Part shown: one piece after another, positions 50,274 through 63,442 of the stretch
Numbering within the stretch: the first letter of the stretch is position 1
Layout: every line of letters starts with the position of its first letter
From: Octopus sinensis
Lineage: Eukaryota
Assembly: GCF_006345805.1 (NCBI RefSeq)
Contig: NC_042999.1
Location: forward strand, 155,682,001 to 155,746,000
Length of the DNA stretch: 64,000 nt
Direction: 5' to 3'
Translations under genes and position numbers: made by a program
The notes under the pieces: model-generated
What the model saw: only the letters and a program-made list of their open reading frames with translations
Databases searched by the model: none
What the model was told of the DNA's origin: nothing

Positions 50274-51169
50274 TGCTATAATCGTTCCATTCCCACTATG
50301 TTCACCTCCATTGCTTGTCCCTAATCAGCTGTCACTCTCCTCTTAAACTCACTCTCAAGAACTTATTCACCCTTCTTCATTCTTCATTCATACTCTCTCA
50401 TATATTCTTTCTTGTACCCGAGGAGTCTGCTCTGACATCCCTTTCCCACCCTCATTGTTGTCTTTCTACCTACTCTCACCCTCATATAATGTGGGATGGC
50501 CATGTATTTCGATAGTAAGGCACCTTTTTCTGTCCCTCTATTCTACTTTCACTCTCAACACCTGGCAAAAAGCCACATTCTCTGGTCAAATGCACCCCCT
50601 CTCCAATCAGTTCAGAGGGTTTTCTTCTTTTGTCTTGCAAATTACATGGCAGCCCCACCAGTGCTGGTGTTACAAAAAATGTACCCAGAACAATCTGAAA
50701 TATGGTTGGAATTAGTAAAGGCATCCAGCCGTAGAAACTACGCCAATCCAGACATTAGCACTCAATACAGTCCTCTGGCTTTTTGGGTCCTATCAAACCA
50801 TTAAACCCATGAAAGAGACATTAAATGATGATATGCGATTATGTTGTACATGTCCAAATGTACACATGTATGGAGTAAACACATGTATACTTGAATGGTG
50901 ATACATTGTCTGTATGCACCCTGCATGCATCGTTAATCTACAAGGATCCACAATCATATAATGAATACCATACACAAACCTGCACATGACATGTTTACAC
51001 CACATTCACTCCTCCTCCTTGCTTAAATGTTCACTTTTTTTATGCTTGCATGGCTCAGCAGAATTTGTTCAGGCAGATTTTCTATGACTGGATACCCTAC
51101 CTGTCTGCGACCCTCACCTGCTTCCAAGCAAATTAATATTAATATTTATCGAAATCGAAATCGAATTGA

Positions 51170-51515
51170 ACCAGCCAGGATCCCTGGTCTGGGGGTACGT
51201 AAAAAGCACTATCCGACTCGTGGCCGATGCCAGCACCGCCTCGACTGGCTTCCGTGCCGGTGGCACATAAAATACACCAATCTGACCGTGGCCGTTGCCA
51301 GCCCCGCCTGGCACCTGTGCAGGTGGCACGTAAAAAGCACCCACTACACTCACGGAGTGGTTGGCGTTAGGAAGGGCATCCAGCTGTAGAAACATTGCCA
51401 AATTAGACTGGAGCCTGGTGCAGCCTTCTGGCTTCCCAGAACCCCGGTCGAACCGTCCAACCCATGCTAGCATGGAGAACGGACGTTAAACGACGATGAT
51501 GACGACGATGATGAT
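51170..51515 (+). mobile_element. Family C (RTE 3'-UTR) element, youngest-looking copy, three tandem modules
   Basis: CpG-rich, with intact hairpin modules and a (GAT/GAC)n tail. Confidence 0.88.
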
Positions 51516-51879
51516 CCATAGCCAGATGTGGTTTCGTGGAAGATTGGAAATAAATGGCAGTGACTGTACAACTATCATGCAATGCCAAGGCAAAGACATT
51601 CACACACACACACACACGGGGTGGTCTGGTGTTAGGAAGGGCATCCAGCTGTAAAAACCATGCCAAAACAGACCCAGAAGTCTGGTGCAGTCTTCTGCCT
51701 GGCCAGTTCCTGTCAAATCATCCAGCCCATGCCAGCATGAAGGGTGGATGTTAAAAGACGATGATGGTGTGCCTGTGTGTACCAGAGTAAGCACATAAGT
51801 GTGAAACAATGTGGAAAAATTAGTACTCGAACACCGGAGGTAGAGTAATATGCTTTATTAACAGAGCATATATATATGT

Positions 51880-52315
51880 GACTGAGAAGATCCAGCAAAT
51901 AAAGTGAGTCCACAGCTGTAACCTACACCAGTGTTGCATAACCAGCCCACTCAAAAGTACCTTGGATTGTAGAGTGACATGCAATGCTTGAGAAGACCTT
52001 TTGAGTCAAGTAAAATCAACAGCAATATCAAAATCAAATCAAATGGAAATTGTAGTTGTGAGCCCCATGCCAGTAGCATGTAAAAAGCACCATCCGAACG
52101 TGGCCAATGCCAGTGCCATTTTGGCTGGCTTCCGTGCTGGTGGCACGTAAAAAGCACCCACTATACTCTTGAAGTGGTTGGCATTAGGAAGGGCATCCAG
52201 CGGTAGAAACAATGTCAGATTAGATTGGGGCCTGATGCACCCTCCTGGCCTCCCAGACCCCAGTCGAACCGTCCAACCCATGCCAGTATGGAAATCATGT
52301 TAAATGATGATGATG
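51880..52315 (+). mobile_element. RTE LINE 3' portion (ORF end VTEKIQQ plus 3' UTR)
   Basis: Collinear with 40400-40941. Confidence 0.75.
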
Positions 52316-52319
52316 TATG

Positions 52320-52580
52320 TGGAGGTGCAATAGCCCAGTGGTTAGGGCAGTGGACTCAAAGTCATAGGATCATGGTTTCAATTCCCAGGCCAGGAGTTGT
52401 GAGTTTATTGAGTGAAAACAAAGCTCCACAAGGCTCCAGCAGGGGGTGGCAGTGAACCCTGCTATACTCTTTCACCACAACTTTCTCTCACTCTTCCTTC
52501 CTGCTTCTGTTGTACCTATATTTCAAAGGGCCAGCCTTGTCACACTGTGTCACACTGAATCTCCTCGAGAACTACGTTAA
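52320..52580 (+). mobile_element. tRNA-headed SINE sharing its 3' part with family D
   Basis: Head TAGCCCAGTGGTTAGGGCAG...GGTTTCAATTCC; tail AAAGGGCCAGCCTTGTCACACTGTGTCACACTGAATCTC. Confidence 0.65.
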
Positions 52581-53389
52581 GTGAAGTGTACTTGGAGACC
52601 AGCATACCAGTCTCCCACTCTCCACACCACTGATGTTGTTCAAGGGAAAGGCAAAGGCCGTTGCCACTTGGTATGTATGCTTCAACAAGATCCAATGGGG
52701 CAGAAGACTATGTTGAGCTCCAATGCCTGCTTTGCCACAGTTTCTAGGGATGGATGCCCTTCCTAACACCAACCACCTTAGAGTGTACTGGGTGCTTTTT
52801 TCATGACACCTGCACGAATGAAGGTCACCAACAGGGATTTGGTGTTATGGGGTTATGAAGTTGAAGTATGAAAGCGGGACAGGCACAAGCGTACTACTAC
52901 AGAGGAGATACATAGTTCCCCTACATTATATATTCTGAAGTTTCAGAGCATATTCCCAAGGTACAAGAAGGTGACTATAAAATGAACATGGACTGGGGAG
53001 TGAGAGGCGTGTGAGGAGTGTGACAGGTGATTATATATATTTTCTTTCGTGTATATAGCCATTTTCCTGTAATGAACTACAAAACCAGACAGGAGTGATT
53101 AAGAAAGCAAAAGTATTTGCATTCAACAAGATATTTTATGGTTGTCGTCGTTGCGCTAAGATTCTGATAAAAAGTTACATTAAAGCAGTGACATGCTCCT
53201 ACATGTCCCAGCATAGAATCATATGATTCAGCATAATAAATTGAAGGAGATTTAATAAACTGTATTGTGACAGGTAAAGTAGGGTCAGAGATATGGGGAT
53301 ATGATGTAGTGGAGGTGGCCTAATGAGGGCAGCACAGAACAGTGGAGGAGCTGTAGAGTGGTGAGTGTAGTTCAGAGCACCAGAATAGA

Positions 53390-53506
53390 TGTGTGTGTGT
53401 GTGTGATGGCATGAGTGTGTTTGTGATGGCATGTGTGTGTGTGTGATGGCATGTGTGTGTGTGATGGTTACACTTGTGTTATGGCGCGCGTGTGTGATGG
53501 TGTGTA

Positions 53507-53537
<31 letters not shown>

Positions 53538-53752
53538 ATGGCGTGTGCATGTGGGTGATGGCGTGTGTGTGTGTGTGTGTGATGGCACGTGTGTGTGTGT
53601 GTGTGTATGTGATGGTGCGCGTGTGTGTGATGGTGCGTGTGTGATGGTGCGCGCGTGTGTGATGGCACGCATGTGTGTGTGTGATGGCACTCGTGTGTGT
53701 GTGATGGCGATTATGTGTGTGTGATTGCATATGTGTGTGTGTGTGTGTGTGA
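53390..53752. repeat. Compound (GT)n-GATGGC minisatellite
   Basis: Variable (GT)n runs punctuated by GATGG(C/T). Confidence 0.9.
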
Positions 53753-53990
53753 TGGAGATCAGAGAACCTCTCCAGATTGAGCCACTACTTCACATTGAGA
53801 GGTCACAGTTCTGTTATTATGGACAGATGGTTAGAAAGATGCAGGAAAGAATCTCAAAACAGACTCTTCAAGCTGAGCCAACTGGCTGGACACGTAGGGG
53901 GTCAGACCATGTGTGAGATGATTGAATTATAGCTATAGTCTCAGTTGGTCATGCTTGAGAATACATCCAGTAAATGATAGGACCCTATGA
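53750..53990 (+). mobile_element. Degenerate RTE-clade LINE reverse-transcriptase C-terminal fragment
   Basis: Encodes EIREPLQIEPLLHIERSQFCYYGQMVRKMQERISKQTLQAEPTG, which corresponds to the RTE motif EPLLL.IERSQLRW.GHV.RM...R..KQ. Confidence 0.7.
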
Positions 53991-55290
53991 AGGAGATGCC
54001 TGATACACACACACAAAAGATTTAGCTGGTCTGAGGCTATAGTAGAAGAGACTTGCCCAAGGAACCATGAGATAGGACTAAACCTTGAACCATGTGGTTG
54101 AGAATCAAATTTCTTATGATACAGCCATGAGGAATAAATTGACACAAACTCCTCTACAACACTGAACCACTCTAGATTACCCCCACAGAACGTCATGTAA
54201 TTCACCAGTTTTACCAAAAATTCCACACCTCCCCCTTGGTCCATTTCCTCACTCTACAGCCCCCACTCATCATTGTTTAACGTCCGTTTTCCATGCTGGC
54301 ATAGGTTGGATGGTTTGATTGAGGTCTGGAGAGCCAGCAGCTGCATGAGGCTCCAATCTGATCTGGCAAGGTTTCTACAACTGGATGCCCTTCCTAATGC
54401 CAACCACTACGAGAGTGTAGTACTAATACATACAAATCCAAGAGAGAATCGCATACAATTACATGACCTGCTAGAAATAGCAACCAGGTCTCCTTCAAAT
54501 ACTTTACTGTTTATAAAAAGAGAAGGACAACGTGGTCCTATCATTATCATCATTTAACGTCTGTTTTCCATGCTGGCATGGGTTGGATGATTTGCCAGAC
54601 ACTGGCAAACCAGAGAACAGTACCAGGTTCCAATTGCCTGTTTTGGCTTGATTTCTATGGCTGGGTGCCCTTCCAAATGCCAACCACTTTACAGAGTCTA
54701 CTAGGTGCTTTTTAGATGGTACCAGCATCAGTCTTTTTTACATGGAGCCAGCGCAGGTCCGAAATAAAAGAGAATGGCTATGTTCAAAATATCTTTGTTG
54801 GTAAACCATTTAGATCAAAAGTGAACTGGTAACTTTGAGCCAATGAAGGATCCTCTCCGTGGAGTGAATTTCTCTGCTAAAAATAGCAGCCACATCTTGG
54901 AACCACACACTATGATCTTACAAAATAAGGGAGACAACATCATCATTCTTTAACATCCATCTTCCATGCTAGCATGGGTGGGACAAACAGACAATATAGT
55001 CCTAGATGAACTAGGACAGAATAAAAGGATGGATGACCATGGCAGGAACAGCTTAGTCTACCGAATTAGAGACTACCCGGGGTTAAACAACTCCAACAGC
55101 CTTGGATATGTTGAAATAAAGAAATAAGGAGAGATGATCACAGCTGGAATGATTCTGATCTGATATCTATACAGATGATGACCTCAGGCTAAACAACAGC
55201 TTGGCAAAAAAAAAAAACACTATCACAAACAGAATGTTTCATAAATAAGATCAAAGACCAAGCATATAATTGCTTATATGCACATAATTA

Positions 55291-55528
55291 CATATACACA
55301 GTTTATATATATATATAAATATATACACATGTATACAGATACGTACATACATATATATATATACATACACATATGTATATATATATATATATGTATATAT
55401 ATATACACATACAGATGTATACATATATACATATGTATAGATATATACATACATACGTACACATATATACATACATATATAGACACACACACATACATAC
55501 GTATACGCACACATATACATACGTATAC

Positions 55529-55571
<43 letters not shown>

Positions 55572-56678
55572 TACATACGTATACAGATATATACACAGTA
55601 TACAGATATATACATACATATATACACAGTATACAGATATATACATATATACACATGTATATAGATATATACATACATATATACACAGTATACAGATATA
55701 TACATACATATATACACATGTATACAGATATATACATACATATATACACATGTATACAGATATATACATACATATACACATGTATACAGATATATACATA
55801 CATATATACACATGTATACAGATATATACATACATATATACACATGTATACAGATATATACATACATATATACACATGTATACAGATATATACATACATA
55901 TATACACATGTATACAGATATATACATACATATATACACATGTATACAGATATATACATACATATATACACATGTATACAGATATATACATACATATATA
56001 CACATGTATACAGATATATACATACATATATACACATGTATACAGATATATATATACATATATACACATGTATACAGATATATATATACATATATACACA
56101 TGTATATAGATATATACATACACACGTATACAGATATATACATATATACACATATGTATGTATGTATATATCTGTATACGTATGTATATATTTATATACA
56201 TGCATACGTATACAGATATATACATACATATACAGATATATACATACATATACAGATATATACATACATACGTATACAGATATATACATACATACGTATA
56301 CAGATATATACATACATACGTATACAGATATATACATACATACGTATACAGATATATACATACATACGTATACAGATATATACATACATACGTATACAGA
56401 TATATACATACATACATATACAGATATATACATACATACATATACAGATATATACATACATACATATACAGATATATACATACATACATATACATACATA
56501 CATATACATACATACATATACATACATACATATACATACATACATATACATACATATACATACATACATACATATACATACATATACATATACATACATA
56601 TACATACATACATATACATACATATACATACATACATACATATACATACATACATATACATACATATACATACATACA

Positions 56679-56727
<49 letters not shown>
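55291..56727. repeat. 1.4-kb TA/CA-rich minisatellite with 32-bp, 24-bp and 10-14-bp unit domains
   Basis: 32-mer CATGTATACAGATATATACATACATATATACA (about 55700-56100), 24-mer CGTATACAGATATATACATACATA (about 56270-56460), then CATATACATA-type units and (TA)n. Confidence 0.95.
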
Positions 56728-56731
<4 letters not shown>

Positions 56732-56951
56732 ATACTAAGCATAAAGGGTTTAGCAACAAATTGCCTTACCACATACGAATTTAGAAATAGCAGTCAAAGG
56801 GTTATAGCTATTTCTTTACTAAAAAGGGAGATCTCAGTACTAAAAAGGGAGATCTTAGTAGAAGAAATAGCTATAACCCTTTGACTGCTATTCTAAATTC
56901 GGTATGTGGTAAGGCAATTCGTTGCTAAACCCTTTATTGCTTAGTATTACT
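56728..56951. repeat. Near-perfect long inverted repeat (arms 56728-56822 and 56855-56951)
   Basis: The 95/97-nt arms differ by one substitution and a few 1-nt indels. The loop contains a 21-bp tandem duplication. Confidence 0.95.
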
Positions 56952-57330
56952 TAAATTTTCCTCGAATGAGGCTTTTACATGCCGAAGACTACTTGGTGTA
57001 ATTGATAATTATTCCAAATTAATTAATTTCACCCTTCATTATTACGGATAACTATATATATATATATATATATATATAAGTAGCAGGTTGAAAAGGGACA
57101 CATGAGTTGATATATATGGAAAAAAAAGTCAGGGTAGAAAATGCTAAAACAATTTTATGCAACACATTTCAGTACCGGTATCAGTCATTGAGACTTTTTC
57201 AACTATAAGTATGGAAAACAATTAAATTTAGGGAAAATTAAAAGAAAAGATTTTTTAAAGAATATTTGCATCATATTCAAATACAAGGGGCATTGTCCTT
57301 CTTTCTACCTGTCTCTGTCTCTCTTGTGGG

Positions 57331-57842
57331 ACACACATACATTCACACATATACACGCATACATACACACATGCACATACAGCACGTACATACATACACG
57401 CATACATACAACACGTACATACGCACATACATACAACACATACACACACATACAACACGTACATACACACATACAACACGTACATACACACATACATACA
57501 ACACATACACACACATACAACACGTACATACACACATACATACAACACATACACACACATACAACACGTATATACACACATACATATGCACATACACACA
57601 TTTACAACACATACACATACATACACACATATACAACACATACACATACATACACACGTACATATGCACATACATACACACATACATATACAACACATAC
57701 ACACATACATATACAACACATACACACATACATACACACATATATACATACACATATACACACGTGCACACAAACATACACACACATACTTATACATACA
57801 TACACACACACACACATACTTATACATACGTACACACACACA
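57331..57842. repeat. CA-rich (ACACATACA/CAAC) minisatellite
   Basis: Direct inspection. Confidence 0.92.
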
Positions 57843-58685
57843 ATATAATATATGTGCCCCTGACTACATTGATGCCTTTGTTACTTGAATACCTTGACTC
57901 TATTGGATCCTGAAAATTTTACACACGTATACGCACACACACAAGCATGCACTTTATCCAGAGTAATTTCTATCATCCAATGGTTATAAAAACACATTTC
58001 ACTTTCAATGGATGGAAATGAATCGGAGTGTTAGGAGAAGATAAGAATTAACACACAATGTTTATTGAATGTGGTATTGGGGAGATGAAGAGAGAGTGTG
58101 TGTGTGTGTGTGTGAGGGGGGAGCAAATAGGGGGAACAATGGGGAAGGGGGTAAAATTATATAGGTGAAAGAGAAAGTGAGAGAGAGAGTGTGTGTGTGT
58201 GTGTGTAAAAGTGATAGATAGATGGATAGGAAGCAAGAGAGAGAGAAATACAGAGAGATATAGATGGTGGGAGAGATAGACAGAGAGAGAGAGAGAGAGA
58301 GACAGATTGCAAAGAAAAGGGAGACAGTAAATATGTAAAAGGGAGATTTATCCTGAGATGAGGGAGAGAGAGGCACATAAAAGACAGAAAGTAAGAGAAA
58401 AGAGAGGTAGATAGACTGTAAGGAAAAGAGAGGGAGTAAATAAGAGAGACATACTCAGAGAAGGAGAGATAGAAAGACCATAAGAGAGACAAAAGGTAAG
58501 ACAGAAACAGTAAATGAAAGAGAGAGAGAGAGAGAATAAAAAAAGAGATAGATATACTGTACATAACTGAGAGAGAGAGAGAGAAGAAAGAATAAGAAAT
58601 GGATACAAAAATATTAAGAGAGAGACAGTCAAAGACAGGAATCAGAAGTTTTTTCTGCTTAAAAGTTCCATTGAAATAAACTTAC

Positions 58686-58930
58686 CGAAGGTGTCCTGGA
58701 ATACAACTTATTTTAACATGATCCGAGAACTGCAGACAGACAGATACGCACACACTGTATACACACATACAGTATATAAAAACAATCTCTGTGTGTATAT
58801 ATTATATATGACAGTATATGGTACAGAGCCACTCCACTAACACCACTCCTCCTCACTCCCTCACTCGCTCCACGCAACTCACTCCCACTCTCACACGTAG
58901 ATACAGCGACAGAGTCACTCATGAGTGTAA
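58686..58930 (-). promoter_or_regulatory. Candidate non-coding alternative first exon / internal promoter region
   Basis: Consensus donor TCG|GTAAGT at 58686/58685, preceded by unique, CpG-containing GAG/GTG-rich sequence. The frame needed to join the downstream exons is closed by TAA at 58713-58715. The 5' boundary is unknown. Confidence 0.35.
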
Positions 58931-58980
58931 ATTCATGACAGTACTTAGGTGCTAGTAGCAGCAGGTTTTAAAAAATTGTA

Positions 58981-59170
58981 GTGGTAGTAGTAGCAGCAGT
59001 GGTGGTGGTGGTAGAGGTAGTAGTAGTAATAGTAGTATTAGTAGAGGTGACAGTAGTGGTGGTGGTTATAGCAACAGTAACAATAGTAGTCATCAGTAGT
59101 AGTAGTAGTAGTGGTGGTGGTGGTGGTGGTAGTAACAATACTAGTAGTGGTTGTGGTAATAGTAATAACT
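58981..59170. repeat. (GGT/AGT)n trinucleotide tract
   Basis: Direct inspection. Confidence 0.92.
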
Positions 59171-59829
59171 AAACCATTAGTTCTTAACCAGTCCCCACCA
59201 GACAGAAGAAAAATCCCCCACCCCACCCCAGTAAAATGGTATAAAAGTTTTCTTGTTGACACCAATTCCATTTACTCCGGCAGCTGCTAATGCCACTGAG
59301 AAAGGCATGAACATCACACAGTCTTGTTTTTTTCTTTCCTATACAGAAGTGAATTGCCAAGAGTCATGAGAATGTTGGTATTTGTTACGAAAGTGTGTGC
59401 TCCGAGTTCAATCCATACTGTCAACTTTACTTTCCATCCTCTCAGGGTTGAAAGACAAAGAACCAACACAGGGAAGTGGATTATTGGAACAGTAAGAACA
59501 TCAAACCTGAGACCTGTAGTATTTGTTCTGGCCCTGTGTTCTGAGTTCGAATCCTGTTATAGCCTACTTCAGCAGAAGGCTTCATCCATCTCCCAGTTTA
59601 ACACCATCACCTGCCACCCTGAGTACAGTTGGTGGACAGAGTGAGGTCATGTCTCCAGTTTGAGATCTTCTCACCCTCCCTGTCACTTTCATGAGTCTCA
59701 GACACCCTCTGAAAGGTCAAAGGCATTGCTGTCCAACTTTACACACAGTGGAAACCCCACCTTCCACAATTTTTGTTCTTAGTTAAATTACATCGGGTTA
59801 TGCAAAAGTGATTTCAAAAGATGTCACAC

Positions 59830-60085
59830 TAACCACTCATCTTCTTTTGCAGCACATCAACAAATGTAAAGCCATAAAGACCAAATCCGCACCACATACA
59901 AATGAATGGAGAATCATAGAGAAATCCAAGACATATGTTAATGGATCTAAGAAATGCAAATTATGTGTAACTGAAAGATTGCATATTCTTTTTAGATCTA
60001 AGAATTCCACCATGCTACTGAATTCCGGACCTGAAATTTTCAGCAAATGCAAACATATGGACAAATTTCTTTTGGCAAACTGGAG
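59830..60085 (+). mobile_element. Penelope-like retroelement GIY-YIG endonuclease C-terminal relic
   Basis: Encodes WRIIEKSKTYVNGSKKCKLCVTERLHIL...LLNSGPEIFSKCKHMDKFLL. This fits the W.I...Y....K.C.LC..EK..I....LLN.RSE..S.CRH..KF motif of PLE endonuclease termini. Confidence 0.7.
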
Positions 60086-62009
60086 GACATCACCATCTCT
60101 AGATAGAGCAGCTGTCTTGCAGACTTTGGACCACTCTCCTTTTAATTATTCTACAACTAGCTTAATTATGGCTTTACGGCCAAAGGGGATATAGCTAATT
60201 TTCTGTCTTTTCTTTTCCACATTAACACTTTTTGCATCTACCATCTCATTTTTTCTTGTAATTTCTGTTGTTGTATTAGCATTCTGTTTTGCAAACTGAA
60301 TACATCACGTGTCCAGAGCATGAGATTGCTTGGAGATACAGGGCATGCTATAAAAACATGCCAAGACCCACATCTTCAAAGTAAGAAACTATTAGAAGCT
60401 TGTATCTTTATACTTTGTACATTAAATGATATTACACACACACACACACATCTTGACATCATGAATAGTTGTAAATGAATGTAATTGACATGCTAGCAGT
60501 GTCCTTTGTTTCCAAGCTTCTATCAAAAAAGATGTCTCGTCATGGAGAAACATTATTTTACTTAGAAACAGGTGAGGGTTGGCATCAAGGAGGGCATCCA
60601 GCTACAGAAAACAGGCCTCATATAAACCCCATCTGACCCATGAAAGCATGGGAAATGGATGGTAAAACGAAGGTGATGATGACATGTATATGTGTGTGTA
60701 TTATATGTATTATAAACACACACATAACTAGCTTCTTGTTTCTGTCTACCAAATCCACTGACAAGGCTTCAGTCAGTCCAAATACCACGCAGTGGGATTG
60801 AACTTAGAACAATGTGGTTCGGAAGCAAACTTCTTACCACACAACCACACCTGCACATGTATGTATATATTACAAACACACTGACAATTCCCCCCTAATT
60901 CCAGCCATGATCCAAAGAATAATAAAAGAGTGGTTGGATGTTAAAAAAAATTGGAGGGAGAAAATAGCTGAGGTGAGGGGGAGGGCAAAGAGAGATGAGA
61001 GAACAAACTTAAGGGGAAACCAAAGTAGGGGACTGATAGAGAAATGAGAGCAGTACAGGAGGAGTTGTGGGCAAGCCTTAATAGTGGAAACATGAAAAAT
61101 AGCAAAGAGAAGCATAAGTGAAAGTTATACAAAGAGATAAAGGAAGTGAAAGGTGAAGGAAGAGGTGTGGGAGGAAGGTATTTGTGAATGGGAGTGGGGG
61201 AGTTTTTGAAAGCCATGGAGGGGAGGGAAGGCATTAACAGGAAGAAGGGAGAAAGGTGTGTTTATATATATATATATATATATAAATAAATACACATATG
61301 CACACACGCAAATGACGGTAAGAGAGGATTGACAGTAGCGCAAACAAGATTAAGATATTTCCGACTTCCACACCTTTAAGAAGGTGTTCTTTTATGACTA
61401 CTTGCCTGATATTTCCATCACAAACACAGGCAGCTGGCAGAAACGTAATAAGCACGCCAGGTGAAATGCGTAGCCGTATTTCGTCTGCCGTTACGTTTTG
61501 GGTTCAAATTCCGCCGAGGTCGACTTAATCTGTTTGTCTGTCTTTGTTTGTCCCCTCTGTGTTTAGAAATATATTAAAAAGTCATGTAGAAGGAACCATT
61601 ACAGTTGGAGAATGGTGAATCTGAACAGAATTCAGTCCTTAACAGACAAGGGCTACTTTATGGGTTTGATCGTTTTGTTACCACAGTTCTAGTGAAATCC
61701 ACTGTTTTTGTATCAATTAATTTGGTAATCCACTCAAAGCTTTCATTGTCCCAAGGCTATAGTAGAAGACACTTGTCCAAGGTGCCATGCAGTGGGACTG
61801 AACAGAGAACCATGTGGTTGGGTAGCAAACTTTTTACCACACAGGCAAGCCTGAAGTTTTTAACTGAGTGCACTTTAAAACAAGAAGTTTGTATCATAGA
61901 AACAAGAGTGGTTGTGGGTGAGTTGGTCTCAAGAGGGTTGCTACAACCTGTAGTAAACTATTAATCATCACACACACACACACACACACAGAGCTTGTAA
62001 CCTTTATAA

Positions 62010-62400
62010 TAATAATCCTTTCTACTAAGGGGGCACAAGGCCTGAAATTTGCAGGGCTAGTCGATTACATTGACCCCAGTGTTTCATTGGTACTCACTTT
62101 ATTGACCCTGAAAAATGAAAGGCAAAGTCAACTCAGCAGAAATTGAACTCAGAATGTAGTGACAGGTGAAACGCTGCAAAGCATTTTGCCTGCTGTGCTA
62201 ATGATTCTGCCAGCTCACCAACAATTCTAATTTTGGCACAAGGCCAGCAATTTCAAGGGAAGGCGAAAGTGGATTAAATTGGCCCCAGTACTTGACTGGT
62301 ATTGTATTTCATTATAAAGAAAGCATGAAGGGCAAAGTTGACTGTGGTGGAATTTTAACTCCAAATGTAAAGAACTGGGAGCTGGAAGAAATGGTACAAG
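62010..62400 (-). mobile_element. Tandem SINE A copies
   Basis: Family A motifs occur twice on the reverse strand. Confidence 0.7.
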
Positions 62401-63442
62401 GCATCTTTTTTTTTTTTTTTTTTGCTGTGCTGAAATGATTCTACCAGCATGTGGATTTCACAAGCAAGGGTTAAGAAAAGTCTTTGACAATGGCCACCAC
62501 CAACAAATTTAGGTACTTTTGAGCTGGACATTATTAATTTTGTAAAATTTATTTGCCAACAGAATGCGACAGTCCTACACAGGACAATGTTACTGCTGTT
62601 TAGCAACAGGAAAACATCTTTTCCAGCTGGTTACTGTCACAGTTTGTGTCCTTATAGCATGAGCAAGGGAGTTTATTGCTCCCATCTCTAGCCATCATGA
62701 TACTCATAGGCCTAGGTTTCTGCAAACCCTAAAGTTATAAGAGAATTACTAGCATCCTATCCTGAGGGAGACTCGGCTCCCTTTATCGGTTTAGTACTAC
62801 ACACTCAAACACTGGCTGTTGGGACTGTTGCTGTGAAAGGATTAATTTCTATTTTTACTTCCCATCAATAACAGAACTGACACCAACCTTGGATACAGAG
62901 GGGGTGGAGAGGAGGGACTATAAATAACCCCAAAGAATGCTTTATTTATTCAAGGGTATTAACTTTCTGTAATCTCAATGTTAATCTAGTCTAACCCAGA
63001 AGAATTTGAAGAGACCCTGTCAAATAAATCTACATAAATAGCCATAGGGTTGCAGTGGGGGAGGGAAATAAAACTGAAATTAAATCATTGCAACTATAGA
63101 ATCAGATGGGGGTGGGGTGTCTTATCGGTGGAGCATCTTAGTTATGGGATAGTGGAACACTGAAAGAGGGACAAAAATATGACAGAGTAGTGAAGGTTGG
63201 GGAGGAATAATAATGATGATGGTGGGGGAGGAATAATGATGATGATAACAGTAGTACCATTTACTATAGCTTATGTTGAATGCTCCTTTATTATCTCCAC
63301 CTCTTCCCCCTACCCCCTCTCTCTGAAAATTAAGTAAATAGTGCAATCAGGTTTCAAGTTCTCAACCAGGTTTGTGGGTCACCCACCTAAATACTTTCAT
63401 TATGTATTGACCATCCCACCGTTTGTTGTTGAATTATCATTA

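Noticed and set aside
53199-53730. His/Thr-rich ORFs
   Set aside because: These are translations of the GT-GATGG repeat.
55700-56460. Regular 32-bp and 24-bp repeats as a possible CRISPR array
   Set aside because: The units are directly adjacent with no unique spacers, the context is eukaryotic, and there are no cas genes.
55251-56884. ORFs of 200-500 aa on both strands (Y/I/H/T or M/Y/V/C-rich)
   Set aside because: These are translations of a TA/CA minisatellite that lacks stop codons by composition.
57255-57913. Several 80-215 aa ORFs
   Set aside because: These are translations of a CA-rich minisatellite.
61420-61530. tRNA-like sequence with A and B boxes (also the other SINE heads)
   Set aside because: It is a SINE head: I could not fold a cloverleaf, and it continues into SINE body sequence at other copies.
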